Shown here: positions 19,868-29,323 of the stretch, piece by piece | How the letters are laid out: each line of letters opens with the position of its first letter | Numbering within the stretch: the stretch's first letter is position 1 | DNA from: an uncultured Actinomycetes bacterium | GTDB taxonomy: Bacteria; Actinomycetota; Thermoleophilia; RBG-16-64-13 | Direction: 5' to 3' | Length of the DNA: 64,000 nucleotides | NCBI GenBank assembly: GCA_963841735.1 | Contig: CAWJDT010000001.1 | Location: 544,001-608,000 of the forward strand | Notes under the pieces: model-generated | The model's input: only the letters and a program-made list of their open reading frames with translations | Databases searched by the model: none | Told to the model about the DNA's origin: nothing | Position numbers and translations under genes: made by a program

Positions 19868-20932
19868 ATGATGAAATCGGAGCCTGTTATTGATCCGGTG
19901 ACCCTCTTTGTCTGCCCCGATTGCAGATCGCCGCTAACGCGGTCGGCTGAGACGTATCTGTGCCCGGCTTGTCAGAGTGCCTGGGAAGTTGTCTCCGGTA
20001 TTCCCCAGTTTGGCAACAGAGCGCTTGACTGGTCGGTCTTCCCCAAGACCGTTGCTGGTGCAGTCACGGACATGGCCGAGCGGACCAGTTGGCTCGAAGC
20101 CATAGAAACGCATGCTGACGAGGTCGGTGCCTATACGCTCAAGTACATCCAGGACGAGTCACGGGCAGACTGGCACGTGCTTCTTCCTCTTGGACCCGAA
20201 GCGGTTGCACTAGACCTGGGGAGCGGCTGGGGCAACATTGCCTTGAGTGTTGCGCAACGGTGTGGGCGGGTCTACTGCGGTGATGTGAATCTGATCAATC
20301 TGCGGCTGCTTCGAGCCAGGATGGCCGACCGAGAGATCCACAACGTTGTGCCATTTCAGTACGACCCATACGAGTTCTTGCGGCTTCCCTTCCCAGACTC
20401 CTCGGTTGACGTCGTGCTCCTGAACGGAGTGCTCGAATGGATCGGCGCCGTCGACAACGACGCATCCCCGGCACGCATGCAACTCGAAGCCCTGATCGAG
20501 ATCAGGCGAGTACTCAAGACGGGCGGGGCCCTTTATATCGGCATCGAGAACCGCTGCGCTGTCTCGGCGTTTCGCGGATTTGGGCCGCACGGAGAGCTTC
20601 CGTACGTAGGCCTGTTACCCCGCTGGCTGTCAAATGCGATAACCCAGATAGTGAGACACAAGCCACACCGCACCTATATATACTCCCTCGGAGGGTACCG
20701 GAGACTCCTGCGGAAAGCAGGGTTTTCGTCACCCGAGTTCTTCTGGCCCTATCCCAACTATCACCATCCCCACTACTTGATCCCGCTACGGCCGAGGTGG
20801 GTCAAGCGATTCTGGCTGAACGAGTTATCGACCAGCCGGTCAAGCAAGTACCGCATTGCACGGAGCATGGGGTTGTCTCGGCTGCCTTTCCACTGGTTCG
20901 CCTCCAGCTATGGCATCAGGAGCGTCAAGTGA
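19868..20932 (+). CDS. SAM-dependent methyltransferase with N-terminal Trm112-like zinc ribbon
   Basis: CPDC..CPAC..GIP, LDLGSGWG, LPFPDSSVDVVLLNGVLEW and RVLKTGG.LYIGIENR. Confidence 0.87.
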   Translation: MMKSEPVIDPVTLFVCPDCRSPLTRSAETYLCPACQSAWEVVSGIPQFGNRALDWSVFPKTVAGAVTDMAERTSWLEAIETHADEVGAYTLKYIQDESRADWHVLLPLGPEAVALDLGSGWGNIALSVAQRCGRVYCGDVNLINLRLLRARMADREIHNVVPFQYDPYEFLRLPFPDSSVDVVLLNGVLEWIGAVDNDASPARMQLEALIEIRRVLKTGGALYIGIENRCAVSAFRGFGPHGELPYVGLLPRWLSNAITQIVRHKPHRTYIYSLGGYRRLLRKAGFSSPEFFWPYPNYHHPHYLIPLRPRWVKRFWLNELSTSRSSKYRIARSMGLSRLPFHWFASSYGIRSVK

Positions 20933-21960
20933 CCGCCGAGGATCTGATCTGTCAACTGACCATTCGGCACTGGGATTCCCTGCGCCCAGGAGAGCCTGTT
21001 CCGAAAACCCTGGTGCCTCTTAAGGTCTTGGGAAAGACGTCGGCGAATGCCAACATCGTCTGCCTGGTCCTCGACGGTATCCGTCGCCGCCCAGTCGCCG
21101 TTGCCAAGATCCCTCGAAATCCATGCCAGACGGCCGGCGTTGAGCGCGAGCACGACGCGATGGTGCACTTGCGAGGCGGAGCGAAGAACTCAGACATTCT
21201 GACGTCTACCACCTGTCGAGGAGTACTGGTCGACGCGGGTGAGACCAAGATCCTTCTGCAGGACGCTGCAGCGGGCAAGGCGCTTGTAAGCGGGATGACC
21301 TCGGATTCCCGGACCAAGAAGCTCTACGACAGGGTTCTGCCGTGGATGTATGCGTTCCACCTGGACACCGCGGAGACATGCGTCCTCGAAGGTGAGTCGC
21401 TGCGCACCTTGGTGGAGGCGCCCATCACGCGCTTCTTCAAGGAGTTCGCGGCTCTGTCGACGGAGGTCTTATCGCCTGAGGCTTGCGACCACCTACACAG
21501 GTTGCCCGGGGTCGCCGCAGGACGGACAGTGAGTCTCTGTGCACAACACGGTGACTTCAACGCTCACAACGTACTTGTTGACGACAGTGCCCGCACCGGA
21601 ACGGGCTTCAGCGTAATCGACTGGGAAGACTTCCGGCCTCGCCAACTCCCCGTCCATGACTTGAATCACTTCTTCACGTCCAATTCGTATCTGCTGGGTG
21701 CGGGCGCACCTCCCGAGGAGTCCTACTCCAGATTCGTCCTGAGCGAGGGTTGGTATCGTGAGTTGTTCGTCGGCGCTATTGGCCGGTATCAGTCGCTGGG
21801 CATAGTCGATTCCGAGACATTCTCTTTGCTGACACCGCTCTACTTCGTCGGCCAGTGTCTTCGCATGACCGAGGTCCAACGCGAGCAGCAACATACGGCC
21901 TCGGTCTGGATGAAGCGCATGAACTGTTTTGTGAAGTCTCTTCTGAGCCCGATTCCGTGA
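20929..21960 (+). CDS. APH/choline-kinase-family phosphotransferase
   Basis: VAKIPR..E, HGDFNAHNVL and IDWE; GTGA overlap with the methyltransferase stop. Confidence 0.8.
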   Translation: MTAEDLICQLTIRHWDSLRPGEPVPKTLVPLKVLGKTSANANIVCLVLDGIRRRPVAVAKIPRNPCQTAGVEREHDAMVHLRGGAKNSDILTSTTCRGVLVDAGETKILLQDAAAGKALVSGMTSDSRTKKLYDRVLPWMYAFHLDTAETCVLEGESLRTLVEAPITRFFKEFAALSTEVLSPEACDHLHRLPGVAAGRTVSLCAQHGDFNAHNVLVDDSARTGTGFSVIDWEDFRPRQLPVHDLNHFFTSNSYLLGAGAPPEESYSRFVLSEGWYRELFVGAIGRYQSLGIVDSETFSLLTPLYFVGQCLRMTEVQREQQHTASVWMKRMNCFVKSLLSPIP

Positions 21961-23132
21961 GAATACTGTTCACAGCGCCGTTCTGGTCACCGGCCGTCAA
22001 CTCCATCGCCTGGGGCCCGATCTACCTTGCCAGCCAGGGACACGACGTGCTTGTTATCACCGCACAGGCGGCTCGCTCCCTCAAGGGGGCTGTCAGTGCG
22101 CCTCAGTCCGAATTCGTGCGGGGGGCCGAGTTCTTCCGGCCCTATGAGAGCTCCGACGATCTCGCCCGGCAGCCGAAGACCTGCTGGTCGATCGTCAGCC
22201 AGAAGGCCGCCGAATTCAGTCCCGAGGTCGTCGTAGGATTCGGTGATCCCTTCTACCGGCTCCCGCTGCGATTGAGCCGGCACTGCAAGGTCCCACTCGT
22301 CATGTTCTTCGAATACTTGAGACCGATCAACTTCTCCCTGCCCGTGCGCGGATCGGGTAGGCTGCGGCGACTGTCGCCTTCCTTGTATCGTCTCTGTTCG
22401 AGGTCTTTCCGCCGCCATTTGGTGGGCCGTTGCGCCAGCGTCATGTTCTCCTATTACGGCGATCTCTCCCTAGCCCCTGAAATCGAAGCCGATTGTCCGG
22501 TGGTCCGCTTTGTCCCCTGGTGTGCCGAGACCAATGCCATACTTGGCGAGACGCGGACTCAGCCACCCAAAGACCGGACTACCGGTGTGTACATCGGTAG
22601 TCTCACTCCCTTCAAGAACGCGGCCGAACTCGTCCAAGCCATCCCGGTAATCCTTGACGGCACCCGCACTGACCGATTCGTGGTGGTCGGACCAGGTCCA
22701 TACGCCTCCGCCATCCAGCAACTGACTCGAAGATACCCTGGCCGCCTGGAATACATCGAGTCACTGCCCCGGGTCGATGCTTTGAACCTCCTTGAATCCG
22801 CCGGCTACGCCTACACTCCTGTTACGGATTGTGGGCTAGGTTTCATCGGCGACTCTTGGGGTTGCGGGACTCCGCTGGTCACTACCCATGATCTGGAGGG
22901 CTTCCTGCAAAACGGACGCGACAGTCTTGTCGCGGATGGTGTCTCCGATCTGCCAAGAGTCATCAACAGCGTCATCGGGTCTGACGACATCTTCACGCGA
23001 CTGCAGCAGGAAGGCCGGGCTCGATATGTCCGGGACCACAGTGCTGAGTCCGTGGGGAAGCAGTATCTAGCAGTTCTGAGCCAAGTCGTTAGCTCGCCTG
23101 ACACTCCTCAAGCTGGGCACAGAGAGAAGTGA
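21957..23132 (+). CDS. Glycosyltransferase family 4 (divergent)
   Basis: VRILF start, YIGSL..FKN, VVGPGP and WGCGTPLV. Confidence 0.7.
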   Translation: MRILFTAPFWSPAVNSIAWGPIYLASQGHDVLVITAQAARSLKGAVSAPQSEFVRGAEFFRPYESSDDLARQPKTCWSIVSQKAAEFSPEVVVGFGDPFYRLPLRLSRHCKVPLVMFFEYLRPINFSLPVRGSGRLRRLSPSLYRLCSRSFRRHLVGRCASVMFSYYGDLSLAPEIEADCPVVRFVPWCAETNAILGETRTQPPKDRTTGVYIGSLTPFKNAAELVQAIPVILDGTRTDRFVVVGPGPYASAIQQLTRRYPGRLEYIESLPRVDALNLLESAGYAYTPVTDCGLGFIGDSWGCGTPLVTTHDLEGFLQNGRDSLVADGVSDLPRVINSVIGSDDIFTRLQQEGRARYVRDHSAESVGKQYLAVLSQVVSSPDTPQAGHREK

Positions 23133-23142
23133 GGCGGTTGAA

Positions 23143-23784
23143 ATGGAGAGCGTGAAGCTGATACTGCGTAACCTCTCCAGAAGAGTCGCTGGCCTCCCTA
23201 CCAGAAGAACCTACGTCTCACTTGATATGGGCAAGTGCACGAGCCTCGACCCCAATCTGGAAATCCACGCGGGGACTCTGGCTATCGGCGACTACACCTA
23301 CTTTGGGCCCGGCAGGATCTCGAGTCTCCCCGAGACCAGGATCACGGTGGGCAGATTCACGTCGGTCGCCGCCGGGGTGCAGATCATCGGGGCGCTTCAC
23401 AGAAGCCACCTCTCAAACTACAGCTTCACTCGGTTGTTGCCTTCCGACCAGTCGGAGGCCCTCCGCCACGGCACGTCCCGGGGGGACATCGCCATAGGAA
23501 ACGACGTCTGGATAGGCACAAACGCAATCGTGCTTTCGGGAGTCACGATCGGTGATGGGGCGGTGATAGGCGCGGGCGCCGTGGTGACAAACAACATCCC
23601 GCCATATTGCGTGGCGGTCGGCGTTCCCGCTCAGGTCCAGCGCAAACGTTTCTCCGACGAGGACATCGCGCTCCTTCTTGAGCTGCGTTGGTGGGACTGG
23701 GAGTTCGAAAGGATAGAGAGGAACGCCCGCCTGTTCTATGACGAGACCCTGTCGGTGAGAGACTTCATTGCGACTGCTGAGTAG
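23143..23784 (+). CDS. CatB-related hexapeptide O-acetyltransferase
   Basis: IGNDVWIGTNAIVLSGVTIGDGAVIGAGAVVT..GVPA..RF..LLELRWWDW. Confidence 0.88.
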   Translation: MESVKLILRNLSRRVAGLPTRRTYVSLDMGKCTSLDPNLEIHAGTLAIGDYTYFGPGRISSLPETRITVGRFTSVAAGVQIIGALHRSHLSNYSFTRLLPSDQSEALRHGTSRGDIAIGNDVWIGTNAIVLSGVTIGDGAVIGAGAVVTNNIPPYCVAVGVPAQVQRKRFSDEDIALLLELRWWDWEFERIERNARLFYDETLSVRDFIATAE

Positions 23785-23828
23785 CGTGACGAGCGCCGCG
23801 CGCTGCAAGGACATGCGGCGGGGCACTC

Positions 23829-25385
23829 TTGGCTAGACGGGGCCAAGACACTGCCTCAGGGCCGAGTGGCGGCTCCAAGTCATTGCTGGATTCGACACGG
23901 AGCGGGTCCCTGGTGGCCGGCCCGGCGCAGTTGGCCGCAAGGATCTTGGGCCTCGTCACGACCGTCGTACTCGCGCGCACGCTCTCAGTCGATGAGTTCG
24001 GCATCTACAATCTGCTCGCGGGTGCGACTGTAATCCTCGGACTGTTTACCAATGCCGGTCTGGGCAGCGCTCTCCAGAGATTCGTGCCCGAATACTTCAG
24101 GGCCCACCAGTACGCCCGTCTGCTCAAGACCTTCTTCTTCGGCCAGGTCGCTAGGGCAGTGTCGGGCGTGATACTGGTCGCCCTGCTGGTCGGTCTCTTC
24201 GACTACTACGCTCCGTTGCTCAACCTGCAGGGCTATCGCTTCGCGTTCGTCATCTTCTCCCTGAACTACCTGGCCTTCTGCCAGATCGAGTACCTGCAGA
24301 TCACCTTCCAGGGCTTACTCATGCAGTTGTGGGCCGCATTCGGAGACGCGGCGTATATGGCCATAAGGCTGGTGTTGGTTCTCATCTTTCTGTTGGGACT
24401 TGGCGGCAAGCTTACCAGCGTCTTCTTCGCCGAACTGATCGCTGCCGTCACCATAAGCATGGTCATGTGGGCCTTGTTTATCGCGAAAGTGTACCGGCCT
24501 CTAAGAGGTCTCGGCGAGGGGCCTGGAACGATCGAAAAGCGGCGGGTGGCGCGCTTCTCGTTGCTGAGCGCCGCCACGATCCCTGGGACGTTCATCTTCG
24601 GCTATGGCAGCGACTACTTCGTTGTCGGCGCGATGGCGGCCGCTGACAAACTCGGCATCTATACTCTGGCGTCGCGGGCCATCACGATGCTGATGGTGCT
24701 GGCGCCATCACATCTCCTGCAGAACGTCATGCGGCCGGTCTTCTACCACCGCTATTACTCGGTAGACGACAAGAAGGCCGAGATGAACCGCATGTTCAAC
24801 TCGATGGTGGTTATCATAGCGGCCATTGTCGTGCCCATGCTCGCCTTAGTGGGCGCGCAGGCGAAAGACCTGCTTACGTTGGTGTTCGGGCAGGAGTTCG
24901 CAGCCTCAGCTCCCATCTTCCTTGTATTCGTCGCGTTTAACGTCTTCTCTATTCTGGAGCTACCGAGCGACTTGGCACTGCAGGCGGTGGAGAAGGTGCA
25001 GGCCCGCTTGTACGCGCAGATCTTCGCCATATACAACATAGTGGCCGCGGTTCTCTTGATGCGAGTCATGGGCCTCGTTGGCGTAGCGCTGGCGACCGGC
25101 AGCGCGTACATGGCCAAGTGCCTCATGTGGTACGTGATGGCCCGCCATTGGGCCGGGGTCCGGATCCGCTGGGCGCCCTTGGCCAAGATCACCATGAATG
25201 CCGCCGTGGCAGGTGGCGTAGCATATGGGGTAGGTCGCTTGGGCGATTCTGCCGCATGGGCGCTTGTCTCCATCGTGATCGGGCTGGTCGTGTACCTTGG
25301 CATGGCAACTGTCAACGGCTTTCTTGATGACAGCGAAAAGGCACTGGTCAACAGATTCTTCAAGAGGCGGATCTTCCGTGGCTAG
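23829..25385 (+). CDS. wzx: Oligosaccharide flippase (Wzx-like)
   Basis: LARTLSVDEFGIY motif, LGIY, about 13 TM helices. Confidence 0.82.
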   Translation: MARRGQDTASGPSGGSKSLLDSTRSGSLVAGPAQLAARILGLVTTVVLARTLSVDEFGIYNLLAGATVILGLFTNAGLGSALQRFVPEYFRAHQYARLLKTFFFGQVARAVSGVILVALLVGLFDYYAPLLNLQGYRFAFVIFSLNYLAFCQIEYLQITFQGLLMQLWAAFGDAAYMAIRLVLVLIFLLGLGGKLTSVFFAELIAAVTISMVMWALFIAKVYRPLRGLGEGPGTIEKRRVARFSLLSAATIPGTFIFGYGSDYFVVGAMAAADKLGIYTLASRAITMLMVLAPSHLLQNVMRPVFYHRYYSVDDKKAEMNRMFNSMVVIIAAIVVPMLALVGAQAKDLLTLVFGQEFAASAPIFLVFVAFNVFSILELPSDLALQAVEKVQARLYAQIFAIYNIVAAVLLMRVMGLVGVALATGSAYMAKCLMWYVMARHWAGVRIRWAPLAKITMNAAVAGGVAYGVGRLGDSAAWALVSIVIGLVVYLGMATVNGFLDDSEKALVNRFFKRRIFRG

Positions 25386-26688
25386 ACTCGACCTCGACGC
25401 CCTCAAGAGATGCGCAACCAAGTTGCTGGGGCCGAGGGCCACTCGTAGCCTTGCGGCACTTGGCAACGCGGTCAGCTCACAGGCGCGAAGAGGCGTCCGC
25501 AGATTGGGGGGCGAGGGGACAAAGCCCCCGCAGTTGAAGGCACGACAGTTCTCACTGACCCAAGCCCACGTCTTCTTTGGGTACTACGACGTGTCTCCAT
25601 TTGACGCGAAGGAAGAGCTACTACTGGCCTGCGCTGCCTCCATACCCCTCAAGACACCCGGAACCACCGACCAACTCCGGGTAGGCTTCTTCGACTTGAG
25701 ACAGGAGCTTCCTACATTCCAGGAATTCGGCACGACTACCACGTGGTGCTGGCAGCAAGGATGCAGGCTCCAATGGTACCCACGTCTCAGCGAGAGTGCG
25801 GTGATCTACAATTGTCTTGTCGAAGGGCGCTATGGCTGCGTTGTCCGCGACGTGCAAAGCGGCCGAGTTCTAAAGACTATGACTTCGCCAACCTACGCGA
25901 TCAGCCCTGACGGGAGCCGGGGCCTGTCACTCGACTTCTCCCGACTCCACCGCCTACGTCCGGGCTATGGATACACCACCTTGGCGGACGCAACAGCCAA
26001 TGACCCCGAGCCAGCCGAGAGCGGCATCTGGCTGATTGACATGGATTCAGGCGAGCGAGAGCTCCTGCATAGCCTGCGTGACCTCGCGGCGAACAACCAC
26101 CCGGGCCCATCGTCCGAGGCCCAACATTACGTCAATCATCTGCTCTTTAATCCGAGCGGCAACCGCTTTCTTTTCTTTCATGCCTGGACGAACACCGCCG
26201 GCCGAAGAAGCACACGTCTGCTCACGAGTGACGTCGACGGCGGCAACCTCTGTTTGCACGCAGCTCCAGGGAATGCATCCCACTACGTTTGGAAAAACGA
26301 CGAAGAACTCCTCTGCTCTTTTGTGGCGCCTGACGCGACAACGAACTACCTCCAAGTCAATGCCGTCACGGGCCAATCCTGGACCGTCGACCCTCTCAAG
26401 CTTGCGCGAGACGGTCACCCTTCCTTCTGTCTTGATGGCACGGCGGTACTTCTCGACACATATCCGGACAGATGCTGCAACAGTCAGCTACTCGTGTACC
26501 ACTTGGACGGAAGAGGGGCTGACGCGATACATACGGAGTTCATACCATCGACCCTCCGCGGGGAGTTCAGGTGCGATCTGCACCCCCGGATAGCGCTCTC
26601 TGGAAAGCAGATCTGCATCGACAGCGTCGCTGGCAGTCGGCGCGTCATCAAACTGGTTATGACCGACTGGGGGCGCCCAGGTAGATGA
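25378..26688 (+). CDS. Beta-propeller protein (TolB/oligogalacturonate-lyase-like) of polysaccharide loci
   Basis: HVFFGYYD, WCWQQG.RLQW, RPGYGY, HYVNH..FNPSG.RF, DGHPS, DTYPD and RCDLHPR. Confidence 0.6.
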   Translation: MARLDLDALKRCATKLLGPRATRSLAALGNAVSSQARRGVRRLGGEGTKPPQLKARQFSLTQAHVFFGYYDVSPFDAKEELLLACAASIPLKTPGTTDQLRVGFFDLRQELPTFQEFGTTTTWCWQQGCRLQWYPRLSESAVIYNCLVEGRYGCVVRDVQSGRVLKTMTSPTYAISPDGSRGLSLDFSRLHRLRPGYGYTTLADATANDPEPAESGIWLIDMDSGERELLHSLRDLAANNHPGPSSEAQHYVNHLLFNPSGNRFLFFHAWTNTAGRRSTRLLTSDVDGGNLCLHAAPGNASHYVWKNDEELLCSFVAPDATTNYLQVNAVTGQSWTVDPLKLARDGHPSFCLDGTAVLLDTYPDRCCNSQLLVYHLDGRGADAIHTEFIPSTLRGEFRCDLHPRIALSGKQICIDSVAGSRRVIKLVMTDWGRPGR

Positions 26689-28154
26689 GCATCGCCCGGC
26701 CGACAAGAGTCAAACGGCGCGGTGGAGTCACCGTAGTCTTCCTACTGCTCGCCTGTTGCATTCTCGCAAGCATCGCCGTTCTGTCGGTTCGTCCGGTCTA
26801 CGTCGGAGCCTTCATTCTGCTCCTTGCCGCAGTCACCTACATGAGTCTGAACCTTCCCAGAAGGCGAGTGTGGGCGCTTCTCGCGTTCATCACTTTCCCC
26901 GTGACTATCCAGATGGGTGGAAACGATGCCTTTTCTAGCGGCACGCTTCTCATCGGCATTATGCTTCTCATCCTATGGGCGACCCGCGGGACGAGAGCTT
27001 TCCAAGAAGACAGGACCCTTTTACTGTTGCTGTGCGCTTTGGTGTTGGCCGGTGCGCTTGGGCTGGTAACCGGGCTACAACGAGAGTACTGGGGCATCGG
27101 CGCCCGTCACTGGCTGGATCTCGTCTCATCTGTGGGCGGGATGACACTGATTGTCTGCTGGGCTCGGGGGTCCGAGAGATCGCGCCGCGCCTACGTTGAG
27201 GCAGTGATAACCAGCCTACTGTCTGTCGCCGCCCTCCATGTCGTCCTCAGTCTCATACTCAGACAGTGGCCCGAAATCGAGTCACACCTCTCCATCTTTC
27301 TCGCAAGAGGCCAAGAAAGCCTTGGGCGCTTGACAGCTGAGGGCTCCTACGCCCGCGCTACGACCTTGTTCACTAGGGGTGAGGAGTTCGGCGAGCTACT
27401 ACTGGTCCTTTTCCCCTTCGGCCTGTACAAGCTGTTCACCAGCCGAGTGGTGTTCTATCTCCCCCTCACACTGCTTTTGGTCGTGGGCGCGGTCTACTCC
27501 GGCACGCGCTCATCGCTCCTGTTGATACTGCTGCAGGCACTTGTGTTCTCCACCCTGTTGGTGTTCCGCCGCGCACGCGGGAAGAACCTCATGGTTGCTG
27601 TTGCCACTCTCCTACTTCTCGCGGCTAGTGCGACCTTCATCACTTCGATCCTCGACACAACCATATCGAGGCTCACCATGTCTGCTGAACTCGTACAGCA
27701 AGGGAATTCCTTGACCGCCATATTGAACAGGGATCTGGTTTGGTCGCCAGCATACGCGATAACCAAGAGTACTCTGTCATGGTTCGGCCACGGACCGGTT
27801 CAGGCTTATGCGACCGGTCTGGGCAACTACAACTTCCATTCCCTTTACATGACGTGGATCTACCAATTCGGCATTGTTGGAACCCTCATCTGGGTGGCCT
27901 TCTTCGCCCATCTGGGCCGACGCCTTTGGTCGGCCGCTCACATGGTGCGGCTCAGAGGAGGCAGGGAAGCCCTTCTCTCAGGCGCGTGCTTCCTCTCCCT
28001 CCTCTGCTTTCTTGTGAACGAGGTCAAGTTTGAGTTCAATCGCGGCGACAGCTACCAACAGGTGGTGTGGCTGATTTTCGGCCTCATCTACGTGGCTGCG
28101 GACAGTGTCAAGCGCTCGGCGGCGGCCGAGCAAAACCGCCTGACTCGGCAGTAG
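26685..28154 (+). CDS. O-antigen polymerase/ligase-like membrane protein (probable Wzy)
   Basis: About 12 TM helices; SGTRSS, R..VW, FGHG and HSLY....QFGIVG. Confidence 0.75.
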   Translation: MSIARPTRVKRRGGVTVVFLLLACCILASIAVLSVRPVYVGAFILLLAAVTYMSLNLPRRRVWALLAFITFPVTIQMGGNDAFSSGTLLIGIMLLILWATRGTRAFQEDRTLLLLLCALVLAGALGLVTGLQREYWGIGARHWLDLVSSVGGMTLIVCWARGSERSRRAYVEAVITSLLSVAALHVVLSLILRQWPEIESHLSIFLARGQESLGRLTAEGSYARATTLFTRGEEFGELLLVLFPFGLYKLFTSRVVFYLPLTLLLVVGAVYSGTRSSLLLILLQALVFSTLLVFRRARGKNLMVAVATLLLLAASATFITSILDTTISRLTMSAELVQQGNSLTAILNRDLVWSPAYAITKSTLSWFGHGPVQAYATGLGNYNFHSLYMTWIYQFGIVGTLIWVAFFAHLGRRLWSAAHMVRLRGGREALLSGACFLSLLCFLVNEVKFEFNRGDSYQQVVWLIFGLIYVAADSVKRSAAAEQNRLTRQ

Positions 28155-28164
28155 GGAGATAGCT

Positions 28165-29283
28165 TTGAAGATCCTCTGGATCTCGCAGGCGGTGGCCGAT
28201 GATAACGCGGGTCCCAGCCTCGCCAGAGTCAGCATGCGAGACGCCCTGGAAAGGGCGGGCCACCGTGTCCACTTGGTGCTAGGAACACGGACGAGCCGAG
28301 CGGTCAAGCGAGACGATGGAATAGAACTCTGGCCGTGCACGTCGTTGAGTGACAAGTTCCGATTCAACCAAGCCGCGCTGCAGGCCATCCGCTCCACGGA
28401 CGCAGACGTTGTTCTTCTGCACCAGGACTTCCAGGTCGTTGTGGGGCTCATAGCCCGAAGCCTGCGCCGGATCAAGAGAGTTGCCCCGATCGTGATGGAC
28501 ATTCGCACGCTCCCGATTCACGACACGGGGACCGTCATCCAAAGAGCCCGATGGCTGCGTTTCCGTTGGTGTGTCGGGGCAGCCTCCAGATTTCTTGAGG
28601 GCGTGACCACGATAACGCCCGCAATGACCGACTTTCTGGTCGCCGAACACTGGCTTGAGCGCGAGAAGACCCTCGGCGAGTGGAGTTCGGGAGTCTCTGC
28701 CTTTCCCCAAACCGTCCCGCCACCGTTGGACCTGAAGCAGAAGCTATCTTCTCTCCCAAGGCCCATCGGCGTGTATCTCGGCGTACTCGCAGAGAATCGC
28801 GGCCTGGAAGACTTGATTCACGCGGCTGAACGCCCGGACTTCCTGGGCTCGCTCGTCGTGATCGGGTCAGGCCCGATTGAGGCAGAATTGCGCTCTCTTT
28901 CAGGAGCACAGAAGCCCAATGTGCTCTTCACCGGAAGGCTGCCTCAGCAAGAGGCATGGTCGGCTCTCCGCGAGTGCGACTATGGCGTCTGCCTACTGCC
29001 CAACCTATTGTGGTGGCGAGTAAGCAGTCCGTTGAAGGTCCTTGAGTACCTTGCGGCGGGTCTTCCCGTCTTGGCCTCCTCTCCAGTCCACCAAGCACTG
29101 CTCGCAGAATACGATGGTGCTCTGCTGTTGGGGGAGATAGAGCCTGCCGCGATAAGCGCGGCAACCCAGAAGATGCTAGAGCTGCCCCCATCCGAAGAAC
29201 AGCGCGAAGCGATCTTGAGGAGGTACTCGTGGAACAGCGTTGCCAAGGATCTGGTCGCCGCGCTGGAGAAGGTTGTCCCTTGA
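28165..29283 (+). CDS. Glycosyltransferase family 4
   Basis: YLGVLAENRG, IGSGP and SSPLKVLEYLAAGLPV. Confidence 0.88.
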   Translation: MKILWISQAVADDNAGPSLARVSMRDALERAGHRVHLVLGTRTSRAVKRDDGIELWPCTSLSDKFRFNQAALQAIRSTDADVVLLHQDFQVVVGLIARSLRRIKRVAPIVMDIRTLPIHDTGTVIQRARWLRFRWCVGAASRFLEGVTTITPAMTDFLVAEHWLEREKTLGEWSSGVSAFPQTVPPPLDLKQKLSSLPRPIGVYLGVLAENRGLEDLIHAAERPDFLGSLVVIGSGPIEAELRSLSGAQKPNVLFTGRLPQQEAWSALRECDYGVCLLPNLLWWRVSSPLKVLEYLAAGLPVLASSPVHQALLAEYDGALLLGEIEPAAISAATQKMLELPPSEEQREAILRRYSWNSVAKDLVAALEKVVP

Positions 29284-29323
29284 CCACCTGGAACGGCGCT
29301 TGGCGCTGCCGTAGAATGCGCCA

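Noticed and set aside
20929-23784. Antibiotic resistance genes (aminoglycoside phosphotransferase, CatB)
   Set aside because: Only fold-level motifs; both are embedded in a glycan operon, so polysaccharide modification is more plausible.
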